Both the position numbers and the translations under genes were made by a program. From Pseudomonadota bacterium (GTDB lineage Bacteria > Pseudomonadota > Gammaproteobacteria > Burkholderiales > JABEVD01): a DNA stretch of 64,000 nt. Where the stretch lies: positions 16,937-80,936 of the forward strand of contig JAJZQY010000001.1 of NCBI GenBank assembly GCA_021806605.1, read 5' to 3'. The notes beneath the pieces were generated by a model. That model was not told the DNA's origin. It searched no databases and worked only from the letters and a program-made list of their open reading frames with translations. This document shows positions 9,591-20,200 of the stretch, piece by piece (the first letter of the stretch is position 1; each line of letters opens with the position of its first letter).

Positions 9591-10483
9591 AGCTCGCCCT
9601 GAAAATCGATGTCGATACTTTCAGGGGAACCCGTGAAGGCATTCTGCCGCTTGTCTCTCTGCTGCAGAAAATGGAAGCGCAGGCCACCTTCTTGTTCAGC
9701 CTGGGGAAGGATCATACCGGATGGGCCATGAAACGGGTATTCAAGCCCGGGTTCATGAAAAAGGTATCCCGCACTTCCGTGCTGGAACATTACGGACTCA
9801 AGACCCTGCTTTACGGCACCCTGCTCCCCGGACCCGATATCGGCAGGCGCTGCGGCGAACTCATGCGGCAAGTCAGAAGCGAAGGATTCGAAGTCGGCAT
9901 CCATACCTGGGACCATGTCAAATGGCAGAATAACGTTTTCGAACAGGATGCCGACTGGACGGAAAGAGAAATGCTGGCAGCCTGCAAGAGATTCGAGTCC
10001 GTTTTCGGCGAACCCGCGCACCTCCACGGCGCCGCAGGCTGGCAGATGAATCCGCATGCCTTCCGGCTCACCCAGAAGCTGGGCTTTCGCTATGCCTCTG
10101 ACACCCGGGGAATTTCTCCTTTCATTCCCGTCCAGGATGCCGAAATCATCGCCTGTCCGCAGCTGCCGACCACCCTTCCCACCCTGGACGAAGTGATGGG
10201 GCTGGATGATGATGCTGCATCCCATCTGCTCAAACTGAGCGAAAATCCCCGCAAAACCGGCCATGTCTACACCCTGCACGCCGAGCTCGAAGGGATGAAA
10301 CTGATCGGGACATTCGAAAAACTGCTTCTCGGATGGAAAAGCATGGGGTATGAACTCGTTTCGATGCAACAGTATTTCGAATCGCTGACGGACGAATCAC
10401 TGCCCAGGCATGAAGTGGTATACGGGGAAATTCCGGGAAGAGCGGGAATGCTCGCGCTGCAGGGAAATGAATTTCTTGGCTAA
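9587..10483 (+). CDS. arnD: L-Ara4FN deformylase (polysaccharide deacetylase family)
   Basis: LKIDVDT, HTWDH, HAELEG motifs; ATGA overlap with previous gene. Confidence 0.9.
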   Translation: MKLALKIDVDTFRGTREGILPLVSLLQKMEAQATFLFSLGKDHTGWAMKRVFKPGFMKKVSRTSVLEHYGLKTLLYGTLLPGPDIGRRCGELMRQVRSEGFEVGIHTWDHVKWQNNVFEQDADWTEREMLAACKRFESVFGEPAHLHGAAGWQMNPHAFRLTQKLGFRYASDTRGISPFIPVQDAEIIACPQLPTTLPTLDEVMGLDDDAASHLLKLSENPRKTGHVYTLHAELEGMKLIGTFEKLLLGWKSMGYELVSMQQYFESLTDESLPRHEVVYGEIPGRAGMLALQGNEFLG

Positions 10484-11715
10484 GCCTTGAATTCTCGCGC
10501 GATCAGCACGGCATTGCTGCCGCCGAATGCGAAGGAATTCGACATGATCGTCCTGATGTCGACCTCTGCCCTGCCGACATTGGGCACGTAATCGAGATCG
10601 CATTCAGGGTCCGGCTCATCCAGGTGGGCTGTGGGCGGGATGCTCTTGTGCTTCATGGCGAGGAGCGCCGCTGCAAATTCGACAGCGCCTGTCGCCCCCA
10701 TCATGTGGCCATGCATGGATTTGGTCGATGTCACCGGAATGCGGTGGGCATGCTGTCCGAAAACCTCCTTGATCGCAGCCGTCTCGACCGCATCCCCGAT
10801 GGCCGTCGCAGTGCCATGGGCATTGATATGATCGATTTTCCGGGGATCGATTCCAGCTTCTTCGATGGCGAGCCGCATGGAGCGGACCTGTCCTTCCCGG
10901 GAGGGTTTGGTGATATGACAGGCATCGCTCGCCGAGCCGTAGCCGATCAGTTCTCCGTAAATCGGCGCCCCCCGAGCCATGGCGCGCCCGGCTTCTTCGA
11001 GAATCAGGACAGCCGATCCTTCGCCGAGCACGAGTCCGGTCCTGTTTTTCGAGAAAGGTTTGCAGGAAGTCGAAACGTCCCTCTCGTCAGGCAAGGCAAG
11101 CGTCCTGAGCGAAATCCAGGCATTGATCGTGCCGTAAGTCAGCAGGGCTTCGCTCCCTCCTGCCACCATGACATCGGCATAGCCTTGCCTGATCAGTCGG
11201 TATGCCTCTCCGATAGCGATCGACGAAGAAGAGCAGGCAGTCGAATAGGTCACGTTCGGCCCCTGCAATCCGTATTCCATGGATATCTGGGATGCTGCGG
11301 CATTGTTCATCGCCATCAGCACCGTGAGCGGCTTGATTCTCGGCACTTCCCTGGTATAGATCTCGACGTAGCCCTCTTCTATCGTCCCGACCCCGCCGAT
11401 TCCGGTACCGAAATAGATGCCTGCGCGAGGCTTGTCTATTTCGGACAGCGCCAGCCCCGAATCGCCGAAGGCTTCCTTTGCGGCGACGAGAGCGAACTGG
11501 CTGAACCTGTCCAGGGAACCGAGCCTCATTCGGGAGAAATGACTGGAAGGGTCGAAATCGACCTCGGCAGCCACCCGAATGGAAAGCTTCTCGGAGAAAT
11601 CTGAGGAGAGCGTTCTCACCCCAGATTTCCCGGCCATGAGATTGCCAAAAAAGTCGGCCTTGTTGCTGCCCACCGACGAAACCACGCCGAGGCCGCTGAT
11701 GACCACTCTTCTCAA
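10480..11715 (-). CDS. Beta-ketoacyl-ACP synthase II-like (FabF family paralogue)
   Basis: TACSS catalytic Cys, NAHGTAT His, KSMHGH His, SNSFAFGG. Confidence 0.92.
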   Translation of the reverse strand: MRRVVISGLGVVSSVGSNKADFFGNLMAGKSGVRTLSSDFSEKLSIRVAAEVDFDPSSHFSRMRLGSLDRFSQFALVAAKEAFGDSGLALSEIDKPRAGIYFGTGIGGVGTIEEGYVEIYTREVPRIKPLTVLMAMNNAAASQISMEYGLQGPNVTYSTACSSSSIAIGEAYRLIRQGYADVMVAGGSEALLTYGTINAWISLRTLALPDERDVSTSCKPFSKNRTGLVLGEGSAVLILEEAGRAMARGAPIYGELIGYGSASDACHITKPSREGQVRSMRLAIEEAGIDPRKIDHINAHGTATAIGDAVETAAIKEVFGQHAHRIPVTSTKSMHGHMMGATGAVEFAAALLAMKHKSIPPTAHLDEPDPECDLDYVPNVGRAEVDIRTIMSNSFAFGGSNAVLIAREFKA

Positions 11716-11966
11716 TGCTTGGGCTCCGCAGCGTGCTGATCGGCCACGAGCCTATCCACAAGCGTCACGATGTCCTGAACCGTCTTGATTTCGACGCGCT
11801 CGTCGGACAATTTGATTTTGAATTCGTCCTCCAGGACGAACATGAATTCGATGACGGAAAGAGAATCGAGCCCCAGTGTTTCAAGGGATCTTTCTGGCTG
11901 AAGATCGGCTTCGCTCATTTCGAAATTTTCCGCCATGAGCTTTTGTATCGTTTGTAAGGTTGTCAT
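11712..11966 (-). CDS. Acyl carrier protein (accessory)
   Basis: Acidic 84-aa protein with LGLDSL phosphopantetheine attachment site. Confidence 0.92.
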   Translation of the reverse strand: MTTLQTIQKLMAENFEMSEADLQPERSLETLGLDSLSVIEFMFVLEDEFKIKLSDERVEIKTVQDIVTLVDRLVADQHAAEPKH

Positions 11967-11976
11967 ATGCTTTGTT

Positions 11977-12840
11977 TCAGGCTACGCGTACTGTGTCGAA
12001 TTCAACACTTGAGGAGGATTGGGCTTCACCCGCGATCACTTCGTTGAAGAAGCGGACGGTTTCTTCTGCGACGAGGTCCTTCTGGTTGTCCATCGTCACC
12101 ATATGGTAGCAGTCGTCGAGGAAGATCTTGCGCACTTTCCTGCTGCCGATATGCTTTTCCACGAAGTCAGCGCTCCTGACGGTAGCGGTATCGTCCTCGA
12201 TGGAATGGATGATGAGGGCAGGAGCCGTGGCTTTCGGAATGTTTCGCTTCACTTCGCCGATCAGCTTGTCGGTTTCGAAAATCCCGCTCATCGGTATCCT
12301 TGCAGAGCCCGCAGCCGAAGTCGATTTCTCGGTCATTTCACGGGCTATCCAGGCGCGCAACTGCTCGTTCTTGAGCCCGTAAGGCTCCCGCTCGCGATAG
12401 GAGTAGAAATACCGGAAAGGCGTGTAGTAGCCAAGAGGCAAAAGAAACCGGTACCAGGGGATGCTCCAGCCGTCGAAATAGAGCGTGGTGGCAAGAAGGG
12501 AAAGTCCGGCGACTTCATCCTTCTTCTCCGCGGCGAGATTCAGGGCCAGGACGGCGCCGATGCAAAGGCCGCAGACCGATACCGTCTTGTACTGCCGCTT
12601 CATGTCGTCGAAATGCGCGACAACTTCCTTGTGCCATTCCTGCCATTTTTTGGTGGCAGGGCGTTCGCCGTAGCCGTAACCGGAAAAATGGGGAGCCCTG
12701 ACGGTGTAGCCTGCCTTGTAGAGCATCCTTGCCACATATTGCATTTCCAGTGGCGTTCCCGACAACCCATGAATCAGCAATACCGCATGCTCTCCCTTGA
12801 CCAGATTGATATCCTTGGTAATTTCATTCAGTGCCACCAT
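11977..12840 (-). CDS. Alpha/beta hydrolase (carboxylesterase-like) with G-L-C-I-G nucleophile elbow
   Basis: LLIHGLSG oxyanion motif, GLCIG, EDDT Asp, CYHM His; ATG 12840 has a GAGGA RBS (alternative TTG at 12912). Confidence 0.85.
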   Translation of the reverse strand: MVALNEITKDINLVKGEHAVLLIHGLSGTPLEMQYVARMLYKAGYTVRAPHFSGYGYGERPATKKWQEWHKEVVAHFDDMKRQYKTVSVCGLCIGAVLALNLAAEKKDEVAGLSLLATTLYFDGWSIPWYRFLLPLGYYTPFRYFYSYREREPYGLKNEQLRAWIAREMTEKSTSAAGSARIPMSGIFETDKLIGEVKRNIPKATAPALIIHSIEDDTATVRSADFVEKHIGSRKVRKIFLDDCYHMVTMDNQKDLVAEETVRFFNEVIAGEAQSSSSVEFDTVRVA

Positions 12841-13080
12841 CCGTAGATCATCCTCTTCCAGAGCGCCCGTCAGCCCAACGAATCCAGATCTCGATTCAAC
12901 CAAAACTGGCAAGCCAGGGTACGCAAATTATGTGGATTATAACAAAATTTGGTTCATCCAGGGGTTGAATTTTACTCGCAACGCCCGCCTCAAAGATGAC
13001 AACCAAAACTGCTTTGACAAGCCTAATGCAGTTAAGTTATGGTTGCCTGAACAACTCTCACAGGAATCCATTCCGGCATC

Positions 13081-13533
13081 ATGCAAACCGTACCTGATTT
13101 TGTATTGCCCTCCACCGGCGGAAAGAATTTCCAACTGTCTGCTTGCAGCGCAAAATTCATCCTCCTGTACTTCTATCCCAAGGACAACACGCCTGGTTGC
13201 ACCACGGAAAGCCAGCAATTCCGGGATGCCCACGAAGACTTCGTGAGGCTCGGCTGCCAAGTGCTGGGCATCTCACGAGACAGCATCAAGTCCCACGAGA
13301 ATTTCAAGTCTCAATACAACCTCCCTTTCGACCTGCTGAGCGACGGCGAAGAACTCGCCTGCAACCTGTTCGGGGTGCTCAAGCAGAAAATGATGTACGG
13401 CAAAGCCGTGCGCGGGATCGAGCGCAGTACTTTCCTGCTCGACTCCGAAAGAAGAATCCTCAAGGAATGGCGCGGCGTCAAGGCCGAAGGCCATGCCGAA
13501 GACGTTCTCAACCACCTCAAATCCATCGCCTGA
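13081..13533 (+). CDS. bcp: Peroxiredoxin Bcp
   Basis: YFYPKDNTPGCTTE, MYGK, IERSTF. Confidence 0.93.
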   Translation: MQTVPDFVLPSTGGKNFQLSACSAKFILLYFYPKDNTPGCTTESQQFRDAHEDFVRLGCQVLGISRDSIKSHENFKSQYNLPFDLLSDGEELACNLFGVLKQKMMYGKAVRGIERSTFLLDSERRILKEWRGVKAEGHAEDVLNHLKSIA

Positions 13534-13536
13534 ACC

Positions 13537-14928
13537 ATGACCAAGACCCAAACCAAGCTGTTCGTGCTCGATACCAATGTGCTGATGCATGACCCGACCA
13601 GCCTGTTCCGCTTCGAAGAACATGACATCTACCTGCCCATGGCCACGCTCGAGGAACTCGACAACAACAAGAAAGGCATGTCCGAAGTCGCGCGCAACGC
13701 TCGCCAGGCAAGCCGCTTCCTGGACGAAATCGTGAGCCGGGTCATGACGGACATCGATGAAGGAGTCGGCCTAGAAGCGCATGGCGCAAAGACCGCGACA
13801 GGGAGGCTATTCCTGCAAACCTCCGCCATCGAGGAATCCCTCCCCGCCTCCCTTCCGGGACTGAAGGCGGACAACCAGATTCTGGGCGTCGCCCTTCATC
13901 TGAAGAAGAAATTCAAGGCCCGCTCGGTCATCCTCGTGAGCAAAGACATCAACATGAGGATCAAGGCACGTGCGATCGGTGTCGAAGCTGAGGATTATTT
14001 CAACGACAAGGTTCTGGAAGACACCGACCTGCTCTACACCGGCTTGCGCGAACTGCCTCAGGATTTCTGGGAGGCTCACGGCGGCGAAATCGAATCCTGG
14101 AAAGATGCCGGGCGCACGCTCTATCGCATCAAGGGACCGTTGTGCGCCAGCCTTTATGCCAACGAATTCGTGTACCAGGAATCCTCGCAACCCTTTTACG
14201 CCCGGGTCAGGGAGCAGGAGGGACAGTCGGCGATTCTCGAGACGGTCAAGGACTACACCCATCAGAAAAACAACGTATGGGGCATCTCCGCGCGCAACAA
14301 GGAACAGAATTTCGCCCTGAACCTGCTGATGGATCCGGATATCGACTTCGTCACCTTGCTGGGACAGGCAGGAACCGGGAAAACGCTCCTGACCCTCGCC
14401 TCGGCCCTGATGCAGACGATCGAGCTCAAGATCTATTCCGAAATCATCATGACGCGCGTCACGATTCCCGTGGGAGAAGACATCGGCTTTCTGCCCGGCA
14501 CGGAGGAAGAAAAAATGAGTCCCTGGATGGGCGCACTGGAAGACAATCTGGACGTGCTCAACAAGACCGACGAGGAAGGTGGGGATTGGGGGCGGATCGC
14601 CACCCATGACCTCATCCGCTCCAGGATCAAGGTGAAGTCGCTCAATTTCATGAGGGGAAGGACGTTCCTCAGCAAATTCCTGATCATCGACGAGGTGCAG
14701 AATCTTACGCCCAAGCAGATGAAAACACTGATCACCCGGGCAGGTCCAGGAACGAAAGTCGTCTGTCTGGGCAACATTTCCCAGATCGACACGCCCTATC
14801 TTACGGAAGGCAGCTCAGGCTTGACCTATGTGGTGGACCGGTTCAAGGGCTGGGCGCACGGGGGCCACGTCACCCTGCAGCGCGGCGAACGCTCCAGGCT
14901 TGCGGATTACGCTACGGAAAGGCTCTGA
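13537..14928 (+). CDS. PIN-PhoH fusion (PhoH2-type) protein
   Basis: N-terminal PIN (VLDTNV, EELD, SKDINMR), GQAGTGKT, GFLPG, RGRT, DEVQN. Confidence 0.9.
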   Translation: MTKTQTKLFVLDTNVLMHDPTSLFRFEEHDIYLPMATLEELDNNKKGMSEVARNARQASRFLDEIVSRVMTDIDEGVGLEAHGAKTATGRLFLQTSAIEESLPASLPGLKADNQILGVALHLKKKFKARSVILVSKDINMRIKARAIGVEAEDYFNDKVLEDTDLLYTGLRELPQDFWEAHGGEIESWKDAGRTLYRIKGPLCASLYANEFVYQESSQPFYARVREQEGQSAILETVKDYTHQKNNVWGISARNKEQNFALNLLMDPDIDFVTLLGQAGTGKTLLTLASALMQTIELKIYSEIIMTRVTIPVGEDIGFLPGTEEEKMSPWMGALEDNLDVLNKTDEEGGDWGRIATHDLIRSRIKVKSLNFMRGRTFLSKFLIIDEVQNLTPKQMKTLITRAGPGTKVVCLGNISQIDTPYLTEGSSGLTYVVDRFKGWAHGGHVTLQRGERSRLADYATERL

Positions 14929-14935
14929 CCCGGTT

Positions 14936-15643
14936 TCATTTGTCGGACGAGGAATCGTCCTCCTCGTCTTCCATCGGCGGATTGCCGTCATAGACTTCGC
15001 TGTTGCGATGCTGCAGGTAAGCATCCCTGACGAATGTGTAGGGATCCAGCGCAGCCTGCATCAGGATGTTTTCGGATTGCATCAGACCGGCCCGGGTATC
15101 CACCCCCTGGAGGGCAATCAGGCTGTTCCTGTTCGCCACGTCTGTCGTCCTGTAGAGCGGATAATATTGCCAATCGACGACAGTGCCCACGCCATCCCTG
15201 AAATCGCTTGGGCCCAGGAAAGGCAGAACCAGATAAGGCCCGGGCTTGACTCCCCAATAACCCAGTGTCTGCCCGAAGTCTTCGTTATGCTTGGGATATC
15301 CCGAAGGGCCTGCGACATCGACGAGGCCGGCAAAACCGATCGTGGAATTGATAAAAACCCGTCCCGCATCCGAAAATGCCTGCCTCCCCTTCAGTTGCAG
15401 CAAGTCGTTGATGGTGACCACCACGTCATTGAGGTTGGAGAAGAAATTGCCGATCATGATCCTGATGCCTTGCGGCACTACCGCATCGTAGCCCTTGGCA
15501 ACGGGCTTCAGCACCGCCTTGTCGACCGTATCGTTGAACTTGTAGATCTTGCGGTTCAAGGGTTCCAGAGGATCCGTGCGGTTGTATGGGGTGGCGCAAC
15601 CGGAAAGAACGACAAACAGCGTTATCAGGGCAACTATTCTCAT
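14936..15643 (-). CDS. mlaA: MlaA/VacJ lipid asymmetry lipoprotein
   Basis: Lipobox LSGC, DPLEPLNR, EDFGQTLG, YLVLPFLGPS, DPYTFVRDAYLQ. Confidence 0.93.
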   Translation of the reverse strand: MRIVALITLFVVLSGCATPYNRTDPLEPLNRKIYKFNDTVDKAVLKPVAKGYDAVVPQGIRIMIGNFFSNLNDVVVTINDLLQLKGRQAFSDAGRVFINSTIGFAGLVDVAGPSGYPKHNEDFGQTLGYWGVKPGPYLVLPFLGPSDFRDGVGTVVDWQYYPLYRTTDVANRNSLIALQGVDTRAGLMQSENILMQAALDPYTFVRDAYLQHRNSEVYDGNPPMEDEEDDSSSDK

Positions 15644-15709
15644 TTAGCTTGTGCACCAATCGTGAATTGGCGTCAATTATACTTTCATTGCCCGGCGCGA
15701 CAAATCATT

Positions 15710-17179
15710 TCAAGCCATTTCCACAATCTTGTTCAAGGTCGCCCTGGACGCATCGATGAGTTCTGATGCCGTCATTCCTATGGGACCCACTTCTGCCTGG
15801 GAAAGATCGTCTGCAGCAGCGCCGTGCAGGTATACGGCACACAGCAACGCATCTTCAAGAGGCAATCCCTGCGACAGGAATGCGCCGATCATTCCGGACA
15901 GCACATCGCCCATTCCAGCCTGGGCGAGGCCGGGATTGCCGGAAGCGTTGATCGCCCATTTCCCGTCCGGAAATGCGCAAATGCTGCCGGCACCCTTCAA
16001 AACCACGGGACAGCCGAATTTTCGAACCAGACCGGCCGCGGCAGCGATCCTGTTTCTCTGGATTTCCTGTATCGAACATCCCGCCAGTCGCGCAGCTTCC
16101 GCCGGGTGCGGCGTCAGGACGGCAAGGCCGCTCCTGCCGGTCAAGGCCTGCTGCAATTTCTGATCTTCCGCGATCAGGTTGAGCGCATCCGCGTCGATCA
16201 CCAGCGCGCTTCCGGACAGAAGCGCGCGCCCGACAAGATGCCCGGCTGCTTCCGATTTTCCCAGCCCCGGCCCGATCACCAAGGTCGATGCTTCCGTCGA
16301 TGCGTTGACATCCCGCACCATCATCTCGGGCTGAACGGGATCGACTCCAAAATTCTCGAGCGCACACAGAAACACCTTTCCGGAACCCAGCTTCAGCGCA
16401 GCTCTCGCAGCAAGCAGCGCAGCCCCCAGCATACCCTTCGCGCCGCCGATGACTGCAGTGCTGCCGAAAGTCCCCTTGTGGCTGTTTCGGGGCCTTTTCT
16501 TGAAGCAGGCTGCCACGATTTTCGAATTCGACACCCAACCCTGCGCTTGCCTCAAGGCAGGCACATCGAGCCCGAGCGTGTCGAGATGGACGCTCCCGCA
16601 ATGATCGAGTCCATCGCACATCAGGAGACCGGGCTTCAATGCGATGAATGCCAGGGTATGCGTCGCCTTCACCGCAACCCCCAGAACCGCTCCGGTATCC
16701 GAATCCACACCGCTCGGCATGTCGAGCGAAAGAATGGGAATGCCGAGCGCATTGACAGACTCGACCATGATTTCCCAGCCATCTCCAAGCGGGCGCGTCA
16801 AGCCGGTGCCGAACAGCCCGTCGACAGCCAAATCCCATTTGCCCTGTCGGGGAATTGCCGAATGGCAGATTCCGCCGCAATCCAGCCAGGCTAGATAAGC
16901 CCGGGCGGCATCGACGGGGAGCTTCTGCGGATTTCCGGCAAAGACCAGGGTGACGTCGATCCACCAGGATTTGAGATGGCGGGCGGCGACAAAGGCATCC
17001 CCGCCGTTGTTTCCCGGCCCGGCAAGGACGAGCACCCTGCTCGCGGCAAGCCTGTCCCGCACGAATTGCGCCGCGGCAAGCCCGGCCCTTTCCATGAGCG
17101 GCGCATCGAGAAACTTCTCGATGGCCACGATTTCACGCCTCGAACAGACTGGCTCGAAAATTTCCGAAAGATCTCTCAT
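15710..17179 (-). CDS. nnr: Bifunctional NAD(P)H-hydrate epimerase/dehydratase (YjeF)
   Basis: LMERAG, GPGNNGGD, DGLFGTG, SHKGTFG, GPGLG, LTPHPAEA, AGMGDVL; start trimmed to ATG 17179. Confidence 0.92.
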   Translation of the reverse strand: MRDLSEIFEPVCSRREIVAIEKFLDAPLMERAGLAAAQFVRDRLAASRVLVLAGPGNNGGDAFVAARHLKSWWIDVTLVFAGNPQKLPVDAARAYLAWLDCGGICHSAIPRQGKWDLAVDGLFGTGLTRPLGDGWEIMVESVNALGIPILSLDMPSGVDSDTGAVLGVAVKATHTLAFIALKPGLLMCDGLDHCGSVHLDTLGLDVPALRQAQGWVSNSKIVAACFKKRPRNSHKGTFGSTAVIGGAKGMLGAALLAARAALKLGSGKVFLCALENFGVDPVQPEMMVRDVNASTEASTLVIGPGLGKSEAAGHLVGRALLSGSALVIDADALNLIAEDQKLQQALTGRSGLAVLTPHPAEAARLAGCSIQEIQRNRIAAAAGLVRKFGCPVVLKGAGSICAFPDGKWAINASGNPGLAQAGMGDVLSGMIGAFLSQGLPLEDALLCAVYLHGAAADDLSQAEVGPIGMTASELIDASRATLNKIVEMA

Positions 17180-17255
17180 GGGCAAAACAGCGCATTCATT
17201 TGAGATATAATACATGCAATTGCACAGCCAGAAACACTCTTGATCCGGGTCATCC

Positions 17256-20200
17256 ATGTCTGAATTCATCATGTTGCGCGGACGCAGCGCACTTTCCGAT
17301 TTCCGCCTGAACAAGCTTCTCGGATTGGTCCGCTCCTTCACCCCGGAAGTTTCGGCCATCCATGCAGAATTCTGGCACTTCGTCTCAGCTTCCAGGAAGC
17401 CGGAGCAGAGCGAATCGCAGATCCTGGAAAAACTCCTGGAATATGGCCCAGCAGGCGGCCATTGCGCAGAAGACGGCAGCATATTGCTCGTCCTGCCGCG
17501 CATCGGCACCATCTCTCCCTGGTCATCGAAAGCCACCGATATCGCCAAACATTGCGGCCTCGATTTCATCGAAAGGATAGAGCGCGGCATCCTCTACCGG
17601 ATCGACGCGGCCCTTTCGCAAAGGGAAAGACTGCTCCCGCTGATCCACGACAGGATGACGGAGTGCGTCGTCCCCTCCCTTGCGGACGCAAAAGCGCTTT
17701 TCAGGAAATTCGATCCAACCCCCCTGTCCACGATCGACATTCTCTCGGGCGGAATCGAAGCGCTCGAAGCTGCCAACAGGCAAATGGGCCTTGCCCTTTC
17801 TCCTGACGAAACCAGCTACCTCGTCGAAAATTTCAATATGCTGGGGCGCAACCCTACCGACGTGGAACTCATGATGTTCGCCCAGGCCAATTCGGAGCAT
17901 TGCCGCCACAAGATATTCAATGCGGACTGGATAATCGACGGGCAGACGCAGTCGCGCACGCTGTTTTCGATGATACGCCACACCCACGCCATGAACCCGC
18001 AGGGCACGGTGCTCGCCTACAGCGACAATTCAGCCATCATGGAAGGTAGCCCGACCTCCCGCTTCTTCCCGGGAAAGGATGGCGCCTACCGGCACGAAAA
18101 TCAGCTGACCCATATCCTGATGAAGGTTGAAACGCACAATCATCCCACTGCCATTTCCCCCTATGCGGGCGCGGCAACGGGAGCAGGCGGCGAAATCCGG
18201 GACGAAGGCGCTACCGGATGCGGATCGAAACCCAAGGCCGGGCTGACCGGATTTTCGGTATCCAATCTCAACATCCCGGGATTCGTCCAGCCCTGGGAAG
18301 GCTCGAACTACGGCAGGCCCGGGCATATCGCCTCCCCAGTGCAGATCATGCTGGAAGGACCGATAGGGGGAGCCGCATTCAACAACGAATTCGGGCGACC
18401 CAATCTTTGCGGCTATTTCCGCACTTACGAGGAAGAAGTGGGCGGCGAAATGCGCGGCTACCACAAACCGATCATGCTGGCGGGGGGGCTCGGCAGCATT
18501 CTGGACAGCCAGTCTTTCAAGCGGGAAATCCCCACGGAAGCCGTTTTGATCCAGATCGGAGGCCCTGGCATGCTGATCGGGCTCGGAGGAGGCGCCGCAT
18601 CGAGCATGAATACCGGAAGCAATGCCGAGCATCTGGATTTCGACTCGGTGCAGCGCGGCAACGCGGAAATGCAGCGCAGAGCGCAGGAAGTCATCGACCG
18701 CTGCTGGCAAATGGGAGAACAAAACCCCATCCTGTCCATTCATGACGTGGGCGCCGGAGGACTGTCCAATGCGGTGCCGGAACTCGTTCACGGGTCAGGC
18801 CGGGGCGGCAGGATCAATTTGCGCGACATCATGAGTGAAGAACCCGGCATGAGTCCGATGCAGATCTGGTGCAACGAAGCCCAGGAGCGCTATGTGCTGG
18901 CGATCAAGCCGGAAGACCTGGATCTTTTTACAGCCCTCTGCGAGCGGGAGCGCTGCCCCTTCTCGAAGATCGGCACGGCGACCCTCGACGAGCAACTGGA
19001 AATCCTGGACCCCGTATTCGATAGCCGTCCGGTCGATATGCCGCTCTCCGTCCTCTTGGGCAAACCGCCCAAGATGACCCGGAACGTGACCCGCATCGCC
19101 AAAAACCTGCCTGCCTTCAAGCCCGACTTGCTGGAATTGAAGGAAGCGGCCTACCGTGTGCTGCGAGCCCCTGCAGTTGCCGACAAGACCTTTTTGATCA
19201 CCATCGGCGACCGAACCGTGGGAGGACTGACCGCGAGAGACCAGATGACGGGGCCCTGGCAGGTTCCCGTAGCCGATGTCGCCGTGACGCTGTCCGATTT
19301 CGAATCCATCAGGGGAGAAGCTTTCGCCATTGGCGAGCGTAGCCCGATTGCGCTGATTCATCCCGCAGCTTCCGGACGCATGGCGATCGGGGAAGCCGTC
19401 ACGAACATTGCAGCGGCATGCATAGACGATATCGGCATGATCAAGCTTTCGGCGAACTGGATGGCGGCAAGCGGGCATCCCGGCGAAGACGCCGCGCTCT
19501 ATGACACCGTTCAGGCGGTCGCCATGGAGCTCTGCCCGCATCTTGGAATCAGCATTCCGGTGGGCAAGGATTCGATGTCGATGAAAATGGCCTGGACCGA
19601 TGCATCCGACGACAGGAAGTCGGTCGCAGCCCCGCTCTCCCTGATCGTTTCGGCCTTCGCACAGGTTCGGGACGTCGAACTCACCCTGACGCCGCAATTG
19701 CGATCCGACTGCGGAAAAACCTCGCTTATCCTGGTCGATCTGGGTGCTGGGAAAGGCCGACTCGGCGGCTCCATCCTCGCTCAGGTCTACAACAGGATCG
19801 GAAATCTTTGCCCGGACCTGGACGACGCCCTGAGATTGAAAGCCTTTTTCGCAGCGATCCAGAAATTGAATCGCGAGGGAAGAATTCTCGCCTACCACGA
19901 CAGATCCGATGGCGGCCTGTTGGTCACGCTTTGCGAAATGAGCTTCGCGGGCCACCTCGGAGTCAGCATCGACCTGGAGCAGGTCTGCTTCGAAACGAAA
20001 ATGGTCGGAGCAATCGAAATGCATTGCGAGGACAAGAGCAGCTGCATTTTCGAGGTCCTGTTCAACGAAGAACTGGGCGCTGTCTTGCAGGTCAGGGACG
20101 ATGATCTTGCCGCAGTCCTTGAGACTTTCGCCGAGGCAGGCCTTGCAAAAATGGTGCATGTGATCGGCTCGCCCAATGCCGCAGACAGATTCATCGTCAA

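Noticed and set aside
17180..17590. Long N-terminal extension of Nnr in the ORF track
   Set aside because: Overlaps purL on the opposite strand; homology begins near ATG 17179
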